DNA of 61,735 nt, counting the filler, from Choristocarpus tenellus KU-1152 (lineage: Eukaryota; Protista; Phaeophyceae): NCBI GenBank assembly GCA_964200185.2. It is 7 parts of 7 records of this genome, joined end to end, with 100 filler letters (N's around TTAATTAATTAA, not from the genome) between each part and the next. Parts side by side here need not be neighbours in the genome. Positions count along the whole stretch, not along the records: positions 48,621 to 61,735 come from CAXNAD020001584.1; 6 more parts are not named here. One strand, given 5' to 3'. Position 1 is the stretch's first letter. Each line of letters opens with the position of its first letter. The notes below the pieces were generated by a model, which worked only from the letters and a program-made list of their open reading frames with translations, was not told where the DNA came from and searched no databases. Below, piece by piece: positions 49,758 to 61,735 of the stretch. The translations under genes and the position numbers were made by a program.

Positions 49758-49938
49758 TGGGGGTAGTTGGCTGTAGCACTCCATGATATTTTTTCTTTTG
49801 TTAGACCAGAATTACATTTATGTCCTCCTTGCTTCGAACTTTACTTTGGAATATATATATTTTGTTTTTCGTAGTATGATACGCTGCATGTTGTGTGCTT
49901 ACATGGCTTGGGGTGTTTATTGACTTATATGTTAGAAT

Positions 49939-50958
49939 TTGGAAAGTATCTGCATCAAAGCGTTTTGTGTCTTATTGGTCACATTTGTATATACTCCTAT
50001 TAACACTACATTACTGCATGGACACAAACAAACGCCTCCCCATCCTCAGATGGCAAGACACTCCCAACAGGCATACGGACGCGTGGAAGGGGTGGACACA
50101 GCACCTCCGGCATGCAATTGCACCCATCGTCATCGCTCCCGCTGCCTCACACAGTCCCCTCCTGTTGCCCCTCATGCCATGGGTGTATCCTGCATAGAAT
50201 CAAAGACCAGGGAGGTCGAAGGTGGGGGGGCAAGGCTGTCTAATGGGAAGGCTACCTTACTCAGCAGAGATAGTGTTGGGCGACCGCGGAGCCTGTTGGT
50301 TAAATGTTTTGGCAGAGATGCTGACAAGGCGATGCGTGTTCCTAACAAGTGTCCCTCAGTAAGGTTGCATTCGATGTCCCAGGGGGGGGCAGAGAGTAAG
50401 CAAAGGACGGCACTGGGAGGTGTTTGTCCGGAGAGGAATAAGGAGAGGCATGCAGTTCAAGGTCCTGGTGGTAGACTTGTGAAACGAGAGATTATGAGTC
50501 CAAGATTTGCTCAAGAAGAGGATGGCAGTGGTCAGTTGTTGGATAGTGTGGTAGAGACATCACTGCTTGTTGTGCAGGGTGATGGAGTTATGGCTAGGGA
50601 AGGCGATGGTTTGAAGGATTTGACGCATAGAGGAATGACCAATACGGTGGATCTTAACAGGAGAAAGGATGCGATGATATCTCCATCATCCTCTCCACAA
50701 CAACAATGCTGCAAGCAAAGATCCCCTACCCTGGTGAGGGAGGAAGCTCTAGCTCTCGACATTACTCCAGGAGGAAGAGGACTAAGGACAGGAGTAAGAG
50801 AAGAGTGTGGGGTAGCACGGCTTACAGATCCAGAGGTTGTGGGTAAGGCAGGGGTCGCGATAGTGGGAGGTTCATACCTTCAAAAACACTTGGATCGTCA
50901 GCAACAGTGGGGGGGGAGGGAGGCATCACCTGCAGTCAGGGGACGGACTCCTAAGTAG
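49939..50958 (+). CDS. Long low-complexity ORF, probably a large exon of unknown product (possibly the 5' part of the CTFxP-repeat gene)
   Basis: 339 open codons, purine/G-rich like other real exons here; no recognisable domain; boundaries unresolved. Confidence 0.4.
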   Translation: MESICIKAFCVLLVTFVYTPINTTLLHGHKQTPPHPQMARHSQQAYGRVEGVDTAPPACNCTHRHRSRCLTQSPPVAPHAMGVSCIESKTREVEGGGARLSNGKATLLSRDSVGRPRSLLVKCFGRDADKAMRVPNKCPSVRLHSMSQGGAESKQRTALGGVCPERNKERHAVQGPGGRLVKREIMSPRFAQEEDGSGQLLDSVVETSLLVVQGDGVMAREGDGLKDLTHRGMTNTVDLNRRKDAMISPSSSPQQQCCKQRSPTLVREEALALDITPGGRGLRTGVREECGVARLTDPEVVGKAGVAIVGGSYLQKHLDRQQQWGGREASPAVRGRTPK

Positions 50959-51980
50959 TGCAGGGCTGATCCCCAAGGAAAGACAGGTTGATTAATGATG
51001 TAACATGCAACTTCTGTGTAATATTTTCTTCAAGAGGTGTGGTAGCATGCACATTAGGACAGCCGGGAGTGCAACAGATGTCACTTGTTCACATTTGTCC
51101 TTTGAATTACATGTGATTGTGAGAGGAACGATCCAATAGGGGGATCGATTTTGGACTTTTTTGAGCCTTGAGATCTTCTTGAACCTTGAGCAAAATACAC
51201 CGTGCCATACCTGAAATGCAGTTAAGCCCCTTAGTGTGACGGTAGAAGATTAGATGTGAATACATCGTTAGATGAAAGCCTCCTCCACAGTTTCGTGAAC
51301 TCACCTGTCTACCACATGGGAGAAATAGGGACTCTTCGAACTCAAGGACACTCACATATTAGTTGGTATCACTCAGTTCTTACAGGACAACCCTGCCTAC
51401 ATAATTGGAAGAGGTTGACTTGCAGGACACCTGACTTGCCCTTCACTTCATCTTGAGTTGCTCTATACTTGCAGTGAAATTTGAAGTGTGTATTTGGAGT
51501 ACAGTGCTGACAGATATACTCTGCTTTGTATAGGTGCTATAGCAGTGTGGAAAATTACAATTGATGATCAACCTGGTCTAGCTTTCTCCTTGGATTGTAT
51601 TTTTTAGGATATGAAATCAATATATCCTATGTAGTAGGAACGATGGTATAGAGCACCAAATGCCAGCTGCTCGAGCAAGTAGTGGGGAGATATGTAGTAC
51701 ATCAGAGTGCAGCTGAATCATCATGAATATTTTTGCCATCTCTTTAGTCTTAGTCTAAGGACTATCCTGACTTGTGGTCAGAGGCACTACACACTGGTAC
51801 CGCATTGCTTGTCACACTTTACTATTATACCGAACCTGTTCTGTTGCACTTTGACTGATTGTATTGCCTCTGTTCATGTCTTGTTTCTCAACGCTGGTTT
51901 CAGCAATCCCACCACTCGTCATTCTACCTCCTTCCTTGAATCTTGTGCTGGGTCACCGTGACATTGTCACCTTAATCTCT

Positions 51981-52238
51981 GACCCAAAGTATTTAAGAGG
52001 GTAGGAGCTCTGTCCCGTTTGTCCATTCAGGGCTTGACTTTCGAAAGGTATTTTATTCCCCTTTTCGGGTTTCTGTGTGAACACTGTTACCTAGAATATA
52101 TACGAGTATGAAAGGTGTGTCCGGAGCATGTATATTGACACTTGCTAACAAAGACGATAGCCAAAATTCATCAAAATTGAAACATTGGATTTATGATCCG
52201 AAACGGACGCTGACCTACCCTCTTGAATGCTTTGGCCA
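51981..52238 (+). mobile_element. MITE family A, diverged copy
   Basis: GACCCAAAGTATTTAAGAGGGTA...TACCCTCTTGAATGCTTTGGCCA; TCT on both flanks. Confidence 0.82.
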
Positions 52239-54057
52239 TCTACCGAACCAAGTTTGTATCTATCTACTCGGGTTGGATAGCCCCTTTGGCATGGCCATTA
52301 CATGGAGGTCAACTCTAACCTACTCTCGAGAAATTGACGTAATGTGTGCAGCATGCCAGAAGAAGCAAGAACTTCATGACGGTAGGGAGTTCCAATCTGA
52401 ATTTTCGGTTTGTGTAACTTATATTATTATGTCCTCTGCCATTTTCCAGATGTATCAGGTTAAAAGTCAGTTCCATATTATTATTATTATGCCCTCTGAC
52501 ATTTTCCAGATGTGTCAGGGGGAAAACCAATGAAAACTATTCACATGTCAGAAAAATCCCTGAAAAAGTCACAGTTGTCGTAAAATATGAAAGGCATTAA
52601 TCTATTTACTACTTTACCACTAGCTATGCTGGACCACTGCCTTCCTGCACCTCCAATATAGCTTAGTCCTGCACCCCAGGGTGAGGAGGTAGGGAAACAT
52701 CCCTTATAATTTGTAGTGGTGTTATGGTTATTTCTGTTACTACAATAATTAATTGTTGCTAATGTTGTTGATATTGTTTTACTTTGAAGTAATTGTTACC
52801 ATGAATGTTACTAGTATTTTAACTATAATATTCAACCTACACCGTTTATTTTTATATCTATACGAAACACTGCCGACGACATCAGCGACATCACCTCGAG
52901 AGTCAAGATAGCACAGAAGACTCACGATGACAAAATGCGCCAGACAATAACAATTCTTATACCTCACCCCCTGACCATTCAACCTCAGCTAGCTAGTTAC
53001 TGTAAACAGACTGAATAAAACGTCGAATATCTAACATATTCCTATTAACCAAACCAATCACTTACTTCACATTACACACCACAGCTTGAGCAATGAGGTG
53101 TATGCACGCTCAGAACATACGCGTATACCTCACAATGCGGTATATGGTCACCACATCATTTCAAGAACTAGCCAATACCTTTCCTTTCATTCTGCTCATC
53201 CCTAATTCAATATCCAACTTGCCTCACGACCTCCATCATTGTCTATGATACAAATAATGGAGCGATAACACCCCCAATACGTTTTGTACTTTTTTGGTTC
53301 AGCCATTCAAGTATAAAACACTACACTACAACTGCACCCATTGCCTGAGGCAGTAACAGGATAGTGTGTAATAGTATGCGTGCAGAGATAGATATCTATT
53401 GATGAAAAGAAACGTGGAATGAGAAGCGAAGGATAGTAAGAGAGGGATGGTGGTGGATATTGGTCATTTTATTAATGGGCATAAGATATTGTGATGCCCG
53501 ATGCCCTGTTCTCATGGTCCAAATTCCAGTAAGTCCGTACGGATTCTTCGGTGGATGCATATTAGCCACTGATTGGATTTTGGGGGAGATCCGCTTCCAG
53601 TTAGTTCCAAGTCGAGTCAGCTCCAGTAGTAGCCCTGGGAAAGAAGAATCAATGGGGGGGGGTCGTGTCTGCGTACAGCTGTGCAGCCTGTACAAGGGAA
53701 AAAGAGGAGGAGGCCATTCGCCAGAAAATAGGAGGCAGGGAAACGCAGTCTTGGTCGTTAATGCTTATGAACAAGCAGGACACAGGTTACCTAAGAATCA
53801 AAATTCCCCATGATCATGTTACTATTGTATTATTTATGTATTGTCGTATTGTACTACAGTAAACGTAGAGTAAATGAGTAGGTAGGAGGACACTGTAGGG
53901 TTAGGTAGAAGGAGATGAGTTACTGGTATTGTAGTTGTTGACACCTCAATTCCCAACAGAAAACAATCGTCTTAACACTTGGTCATTGGTCGAAAATTGC
54001 GTGTTACATGAACAGAGCCTTCGGGAATTGATGGGAAGAATTTCATTTAAGAAAGTT

Positions 54058-54360
54058 AAAAATATGGTCACGAGGAGATCAAAATTTCCCTCAAAAACCT
54101 CCCCAACACCATAAAATAGAAAAATATGGTCATGAGGAGATCAAACTTTCCCTCCAAAAACTCCCCAACACAAGAAAATAGACAAATATGGTCATGAGGA
54201 GATCAAACTTCCCCCAAAAAACTCCCCAATACCAGAAAATAGAAACATATGGTCATGAATAGATCAAACGTTCCCTAAACAAACTCCCCAACACCGAAAA
54301 ATATAGTAACATCGTCATGAGGAGATCAAACTTTCCCACAAAAAACCTCCTCAACACCAA
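54058..54360 (+). repeat. Minisatellite, ~62-bp unit x5
   Basis: Unit AAATATGGTCATGAGGAGATCAAACTTTCCC..AAAAACTCCCCAACAC..AAAATAG repeats near 54058, 54121, 54183, 54245, 54308. Confidence 0.92.
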
Positions 54361-54400
54361 ACTACACAACACACCTTAGTACCTAACTCATTCCCCATTA

Positions 54401-54746
54401 TCGTCATTGTAGTCGAGGCTTCGGAACTGGAGGACAGCTTAAGCAACGATTCATCCGTCATATTCAACGCATTCCCGTAAGAAAAGGGGCCTGCTGCTAG
54501 GTGAGTCAATCTCGATCAGATGGTTGTTTGATTGAGGTGTTCAATGTTCACAAATTCGACCAAACGTAGAGGTGTCGTCATTGTAGTCGCGGATTAGGAA
54601 CTGGAGGACAGGTTAAGCAACAATTCATCCATCACATTCAACGCACTCTTGTAAGAAAAGGGGCCTGCTGCTAGGTGAGTCAATCTCGATCAGGTGGTTG
54701 TTTGATTGAGATGTTCAATGCTTCACAATTCCGACCAAACGTAGAG
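54401..54746 (+). repeat. Tandem duplication, ~174-bp unit x2
   Basis: TCGTCATTGTAGTCG...GTAAGAAAAGGGGCCTGCTGCTAGGTGAGTCAATCTCGATCAG...CGACCAAACGTAGAG at 54401 and 54575. Confidence 0.92.
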
Positions 54747-55522
54747 ATAGAAGACCGACCTAAGGGGAGGGTTCCAAGTCCTTCTTCCCCCGAGTACATC
54801 ATGTCAAGGCCAAGTCGCTGTGGTCACTTCATACCTTATTTACGAGGAGGGGGAAGTCTTCTGATGCCCATGAGAATAGTGGCCGTGCACTTTCCCGTGT
54901 AATGACGATGGCCGCCACTTGGTATATTCAATACTTTGTTTTCTCGGTCCCCCAAGACGACTTCATCCGCATTGTACCATCCAACTTACCTCTCGCAGCA
55001 ATCTCTCCTTGTCCTTCTCCTCACCCTGAAAATCAGTCTTCTTTGGTTCGACGCAGGAGAGACAAGGATGTCTGTTGGGGCCGTCAAGAAGAACCCTCCC
55101 CATCACAAAAGTATGGGAGAGGAGCTACTCGGGCAGCATGTAAACCTTCAGGTGAACACTGCGTATGCCAACCGACTTCGATTTCAATCTCGTCAACAAT
55201 GCTAGTGAAACGAACACTCCCCTGTTTCTGTGTTCACTATCCATCCACCCTTGGTTGCATCTATTCCACATTTCAGAGAAGCAACAGACACAGGTGCATC
55301 GTAACCTTTATGATTACTTGCTCCATGACACTACAAAGCAAAGATGTGTGTGCTGATAGGTGAAGGAATTATACCTAGCCGTTCAAAAGGCGTCCCTTAG
55401 TTCTACCGAATAGCCAAGAAGAGTAAAGAGTGCTCAGCTCTCCAATGTCTACCCACCTTTGTTCCTCACAATCACCTCTGTTATTTTAACGCTGTGGAAC
55501 TATTGAACTCCTCTTTCTACAG

Positions 55523-58500
55523 GGAGAGCTCAAAGGATACGAAGCTAGGGTAAAGTCGGGTTGTACTTTCTCTCCAAAGGTGAGACGGTCTACTAACCAA
55601 AGATATGACCAAGACACAGTGCACTCCGAGTATATATACTGTATTTAGATAGTGACTCTCTGCTCCATGGCTCCTTATCTATTAGTCACAAACACATTTC
55701 ACGATTGGTTCTTTGTTCGGTGACCTTATGCCATCAATATATATATATATATATAGTACATAGTTGATGGGCAGATTGCTGTATTTTCAACTAGGACAGC
55801 GACTCTTCTGTCAAAATGTTGTGTGTTTACATCTCCAAATCCTCTCTGTTGACCAGCAGGAACAATGTTCACATTGATTTGTGTGGGTTGTATCTGTTGT
55901 TTAGCTCTTAACCATTCTCTGTACAGCACTATTTCAACAGAAAGAGAAAAGGGGAATCTCCATATATACACCAGAGGACATTGCACCTCATCTCATCCCC
56001 AACATCTTGCCGCCTCAAAGACTGAATTGGTCTCCTCCCTATCATGTATGTATCTCTATTGCATACATATCACACCATTACACCAACGCCCTCAAGCAGC
56101 CAGATGCGGACTCTCCTACATCTCAGGATGTACCTGCTTCCAAGAGGTGTGTTCCCCAATATTTATAGTAGGGAGTAGTTACTGGTCTTGAGAACAAAAT
56201 AGTCAACTTCATATCGTTGCTTGGTCACCCCTGTCACATTCCTACCACCTGTTACACCCTGGGATTACTGTGAATTGGGGGTTTGAGTGCTCACAAGGCA
56301 GGTACAAACAGACGCCAGTGGAACTTGTACTTCTTGTAGCTGGGACAGTGTAGTGATAGATAGCAATCTGCTTGTATACTGCAGTGGATGGAAACGACAA
56401 CACTTAACTGCAGTAATTTTTGTTGGTGTTTTTTGTTATCTAGTATCTAGTATCTAGTATTTAGTACCCAGAAATTTCTACTTGTTGACTCTTGTTGTTT
56501 GTTTGTTTGCTTGTGATGTATCTCGACCCTCTTCTCATCCCCAGGGTGTCAAATAAGACAACCAAGAGGCGAAAAGGGTCAGTGCATTCGAATTTGCACA
56601 AGCTCCACGAGGCAACCATGCTCAAGAGGGTGGACAAGAGGAAGGTGACTCTCTGGACAAGGACACCATTCGTGGCGGTTCAATGAGTCTTAGGCCCCCA
56701 AATGTATGGTGATTTTCCGGAATGGATGAAATAGTGGGAGGGCTGAGAATGTCACCACTATCAGGTGTTCCGATTCATCATCGCAATTTCACGTTCTATT
56801 TCTCAGCATTTTTGAACTCCTGCCCACACTATGGTTGCTGTGCACCCCTCTAGGAACGTGAGCAACTAGACTTCTTTTAACCTCGTGTATTTATTGTGAT
56901 GGGGCTTGGTCTTACAGGAAATTGATGCCCTAGAAATGAGGGCATGTACGTTTAGCCCAAGGCTGGTAGGAGGGCGAAATAGTGCCACCAGTGATGTACC
57001 TGTTCATGAGCGTCTCTTTGAGGGCAGGAAAAACAAGAAGGGGGATAAGGTGGCAAAGGTGGGTGGTCTGGTTCCCACCAAAGGGCAGGCATTACCTAAA
57101 CATCAGGAGACAAAGTGTTGTATATTAATACATATATATATATATACATATATCTAGAGAGAGAGAGTTCCAAGATGGTGCGCTAAATTCTGATGGATAG
57201 ATATATGTATGTATGTATATTTGTATATATATGCATGACACACTGAAACGAAATATATATATATATATATTGGAAAGTGTTTGCTGGATATATATTTTTT
57301 GACTTGGCATTGGGTGCAGCAGTGTGAATTTGTGTATATTATTTTACGGTCTGTATAAGACAAAATTGCAAATTCAAATAATTTTGTTTGATTATTATTA
57401 TTTTTTTACTTGTATCCTCCCCCTGCCCTTCTCTATGCCAAACACTAGCTCTCTTGAACTCCCCCGAATGCTCTTTCGTCTTGACTTTGTTGAAATTTCT
57501 TTATCTCTTCCTTTCTACCCACCCTCCTGTGCAGGTTGATAAGGAATGCTCTTTCCAACCCCGTCTTACTGCTAGGCAACGTCAGAACAGTGGTGAAGTG
57601 GGCATGGCTAGGATAGATACTCTGTACCAACAGGGGAAGGCAAAGCAGGTTTGTCTAAGTTGTGGTGAGGTGCTTTGTTTGCCTTGACAAGTTCATAGCT
57701 TGCTACTTGGAGGTTGTCGCTTGAATTACAAGATGTATGCAATGGTCTAAGCCTCTTGTTGGTGGAACCTTGTTCTTGCCGGAGAAACGATTGACTTTGT
57801 TCTATACCCTGTACTCTCTGTCTGCTATAGAGCTTTCATTAACTAACCCTAACACAAAGCTCCCCCTTTCTTTTGATTTTGTGGCATGTAGAGAGTAATT
57901 TGAATCACGCCATATCTAAAGGGGTGACAGTATTACGGTGGTGGCATATATATACTCATATATATATATATATATACATACATTTATATGTATGTGCATC
58001 ATGCCACTTGCTTGTCAGTGTGGTTTCAGTTCATCTCTACAGTCAAAACAATCAAGACTTGGCTCTCCAAGACAAGATGGAGTTTCATACATACATTTAT
58101 AATATTGTTATTCTTCTCCTTATTAGTATTATTATTTGTACTTCATTACAGGGAAGAGAGCTGTATTGTCATTCATTGTAGCTCAGACCGACTGTCAGTG
58201 TCTGCCTCCCTCACGCAGGCCCTTAGGGCGAAGTCTCCCCGTGGAGATGCAGAGGCTGCCCATCTACGGCAGGAGGCTGATGAGTTGAAGATGTGCACCT
58301 TCCATCCCAATCTTTCTGCTTCCAAGAGGTGCAATCTCCGCCTAACTTGCAACGCATTTTGGTTTGGCACCTTTCAACCCTTCGAATTCCCCTCCTCCTT
58401 CCTACAGAACTCGATCCCTTGTGTGCCTTGTATGCTACTCCGAACAAACCCTCAGAAAGGTCATCTTTTTCCTCTCTCCTAGCGTTTGAATAATGAATAC

Positions 58501-58702
58501 ATGCACAGAGATAGTTTACCTATCATGAGATGGTTTAACACGTTTGTGTCCATTTTTGTTTACCCTTTTATGATGGTGGTCTTAACATAGAAGCTCATCA
58601 TGTGCCTTTTATTGTTTTTTTTCACTTTTTAAACTCAATTCCAGGACCGCTCGCAAGAGGCCCCAAGTTTTTGGACGAAGCAGGGAAAATACTCGCACAT
58701 AG
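55523..58702 (+). CDS. CTFxP-repeat protein of unknown function, 3' exons
   Basis: Phase-consistent GT-AG exons 55523-55579, 56100-56146, 56545-56644, 56918-57058, 57535-57648, 58219-58328, 58645-58702 (TAG). Motifs GCTFSPK, ACTFSPRL, ECSFQPRL, MCTFHPNL alternate with VHSNLH, VHERLF, IDTLY. Confidence 0.8.
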
Positions 58703-59453
58703 GAATAGATGTCTTTAAGTGGGATAGTTCAGGAGGCAGGCAAGACAATGCAATGTTGTTGGTGCTGTCTTGGTGATGCAGTATTTGATGGAGTGTTGAG
58801 TAATGGATGTTGAAGTGGCATGTAAGTTTAGGAAGGAAGGAAAGACTTTAAACTGTACTTACTTTTTGTCTTTGCTACGCATTGCGGGATGGGCCGGGTG
58901 TTGTAATGGGTGTTGGAGTGGGATATGTAGTTAATGCTTGTTTGATACTATTGGGTATAGAGTATATAAAAGTTAGGAGTAGAAGCTGCTTAGTGGGGTA
59001 TTAATGGCAACCCCTTGTACCCCTCCTCTTGGATGCTGGGGCACTGGAGTTAGAGCTAGGGACTCCCTCCATGATAATGAGGGAAGTGTATATTTATAGC
59101 TTTGCTGAGTGTGGTTCTTTGCTGGTTGTACTGGGTGTACTTTACAGGCTGTAGTGAATGCGAGTTTTGTTTTGACCCCCAATAGGTACAATGGATGCAA
59201 TGGAAAAGGGAACTCCTCTCAGTATTGTAAGGTAGTTGTCGTTGTGTGCAGTGTCAAGGCCATATGCTACAAGAGATCAACAAGGCACCTCCTTTCGATA
59301 GTAGTGTGTATGGCATCTTTTGATAACAAAAAACATACTTACCAGATTTCTTACCAGGGCATCTTCTTGGCCCCATTACTTTGAGTCGAGTTTGGCATTT
59401 AGTTGACATTTACAGACATGGGAGGAGGACTTTGGTTCACATGAGGTTCTCGG

Positions 59454-60599
59454 CTAGTACAGCAACAAGGTCACATTATTTTTCGCCATGGCTTGGACAA
59501 ACTGTTGCGCTACCCTTTCCTGATAGACAGGCACTGACTACCCTGATTGCTCCGTGAGCAAGCTCTAGGATTGTGTTCAACTTTTTTTCATCATCACAAA
59601 ACAACATATACATATATATATATATGGTGACATCGGAAGGAGCTACCTTGACAAATGGAGTCAAAGACAAAGAAGAGTGAATAAATGTGACTGGAGTTAT
59701 GTTAAGGTTGTACTCTTTGGACTTGGACAACTACCGTAGATAATCTTCATGGAGCAGTAACCACGATGGTGATAAAATAAATGTGTATATATATATATAT
59801 GTTTTGTTAACAACAATAAAAAACGCCCCAGTTAACCGATACATTCTGGGGAGATGTAATGTAAATAGCTTGAGGTCAAAGCATGCCTCAAATGTGCCTC
59901 AGGCGTAGGGAATAAATCTTTCCTCCGGGGGGGTCTTGTGGACAAATGGGAATGTACAGGATATAGGAAAGCAACATCAGATTTTTTTATGCACCTCTGG
60001 CGGTAGGTATTCAAAGTGGACAACATGACTTTGTCCACTTGATACTAAGAGTAGACATTGTCCTAAACTTGGAAGTATGCAAACATGATGTCGCTGCTCT
60101 GGTTGTAGTTCACCTGGAGACACCCAATGGTTCTAGGCAAATGTATGTACTGTTCATCTATTCAAATTCAAACGCTAGGAGAGAGGAGGAAGATGACCTT
60201 TCTGAGGGTTCTAGGCAAATGTATATGCTGTGCATGTATTCATTATTCTAACGCAAGGCTGAGTATGTTTATTTTTAGTATTTTGGCAGTGTGTAGTAAG
60301 TTATAACATCAACGTTTTCTTGTCAATTAGGAAATAATGCAAGTCGGGTGGGTTACTGGATACAAGCATTTCGGTCATGTTGCTTATTTTTCATTCACTA
60401 CAGGTTAACAATGTTTTAGATACCTAAACTTGTAACATCAATGTTGTGTAACAGTAGCTGGCCCAGCCCCTTGACATTTTCTCAAGGTCCAGAGTAGCCC
60501 TTAAAGAGGCAACTTATCCGAGTTGCCCTTTGCCCTGGACTGAAAAAGAAATTTGTGTTCTCACTTGGAATAAGGAAATAACACTTCCCCAGTTCAGGT
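59454..60599 (-). CDS. Putative last three exons of an unidentified gene
   Basis: AG/GT-bounded, phase-consistent exons 60599-60565, 60113-60069, 59519-59454 give xLNWGSVISLFQ VNYNQSSDIMFAYFQ ERVAQQFVQAMAKNNVTLLLY*. No family recognised. Confidence 0.4.
60128..60255 (+). repeat. Short direct duplication (~45 bp, period ~79)
   Basis: GGTTCTAGGCAAATGTAT...ATTCA...AACGC occurs twice. Confidence 0.75.
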
Positions 60600-61576
60600 C
60601 TGTGAAAAGCAATATATATATATATACATGTACATACTTCAGGTCAACCCAAGGTTATGTTTCGTTTATGTTTAATAGTGTGAGTCAAATTCAACCGGAG
60701 GTGTCCAGGTATTGGTCCATTTGCATTTTATATCCCTCTTTCAATAGTTTACAATTGACCCATGTTTCTATGGGTTTATTCTAAGTTTGACCTCAGAGGT
60801 TTCTACTTATTTCCCTACTGTTTGAGGCTATTCTAACACAATTCAGAAAATATTCTATACAAGTTTGTTCAAAAAGTCAAATTTTGAACATATCTGTGAA
60901 CGTCCTTGTAATGCAACTATGGATGCCTCTCATTTACTTTGATTCTGTGTATTTCATTTCTTGTACAAGATAGGTAGCATTCGAGCTCAACACTCAATAG
61001 GATTGAATCAGAAATGGTATCAATAAACCAAAAAAACATAAGAGAGGTTTCACATAGCGACTCTGGTACAGATGTTCTGCCTCCACAACTAATATATGTC
61101 AACAGAAAATTGTCAAATGTGCTCAAGTAGTTTGTTTCCCAGTTTAATTCGCAATATACAGAAATAAATATTGAAGAACTGCACAGCATTCACCCAATGG
61201 CATGAAGGAGACAGGAGGTAGTTTCAAACTTACACCCCACAGTCTGCTCTTGTTGGAATATCGAGATTAATTGAGACTGAAAATATACAACCAATTTTGG
61301 ACTGGCTATTTCTCAAGCGCATCGCCTCATCATCATGCACTTTTGTAACAAAAGTATTTTATACTTCAACAAGGACATGGACAAACGTTTCATGGAAGTA
61401 CAACCTGGACAAGTGACTGTGATCAGGTTGGAACCGCACACCAACCTGATAGGAGTGTTTTTGGATAGGGCTGGTTCAGCAACTTTAGGGTATTGTTGTA
61501 TCAACGTCAGTCTGCAGGCCAGCCCAGGAAAAGCATGTTCAACAAGAGGAAGGGCAGACCAGGGTCATTCACTTCT

Positions 61577-61735
61577 GGCTCAAAGTATCTGGGGGGTGGG
61601 TAGCGGCTGTCCATTCGGGGCCCATTTTTCCATGTAACGTTTTTTATGTGATTTGGTTCCATGCGTCAAATGGATAATGTAAGTGCACTTCTCCTGGTCA
61701 GGGCCCAAATGGACACCCTGGTGTAGTAGACCCCC
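61577..61735 (+). mobile_element. MITE family B copy running off the window end
   Basis: GGCTCAAAGTATCTGGGGGGTGGG...; interior matches 10935-11117 (GGATAAT..AAGTGCACTT..CCTGGT...GGACAC.CTGGTGTAG). Confidence 0.85.

Noticed and set aside
52735-53036. Possible second solo LTR (TGTT...CTAACA)
   Set aside because: No candidate left end gave an exact target-site duplication.
54058-54360. CRISPR-like array
   Set aside because: Units are similar along their whole length with no unique spacers, no cas genes are present, and the context is eukaryotic.
53460-55363. Additional upstream exons of the CTFxP-repeat gene (e.g. ~53600-53790, ~55057-55151)
   Set aside because: Exon-like composition, but I could not join them in consistent phase to the supported exons.
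332-61637. Most 60-150 aa ORFs in the supplied track
   Set aside because: They lie in introns, MITEs or antisense to real exons, often use non-ATG starts and show no motifs; recurring peptides such as [13 protein letters not shown] are translations of MITE family A.

Overview
Eukaryotic, intron-rich nuclear DNA. Bipartite signal+transit presequences, long GT-AG introns and TTAGGG-type motifs point to a photosynthetic stramenopile, probably a brown alga or close relative (inference). The window is seven contigs joined by six artificial 100-nt linkers (44 N + TTAATTAATTAA + 44 N), so adjacency across linkers is unproven and several genes are cut there. Most ORFs in the supplied track are spurious; genes were rebuilt by hand from splice sites and reading-frame phase. 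Genes: APE1/DUF2854 thylakoid protein (5' part); a voltage-gated cation channel with a TLEDW filter (partial); a membrane pyrophosphatase (at least 14 exons, partial); a secreted DOMON protein; a conserved algal hypothetical protein (8 exons, one probable GC-AG intron); a TH2-like HAD phosphatase (last exon); a photolyase/cryptochrome-family protein (5' part); a CTFxP-repeat protein; and the 3' end of an unidentified minus-strand gene. Mobile DNA: decayed Copia, Gypsy, Tc1/mariner and hAT fragments, a probable solo LTR, and two related MITE families with shared termini. The most interesting signal is that the pyrophosphatase carries the residue combination of K+-dependent Na+-pumping PPases rather than plant-type H+-PPases, and includes a 9-nt micro-exon. 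No CRISPR array, rRNA or convincing tRNA was found.
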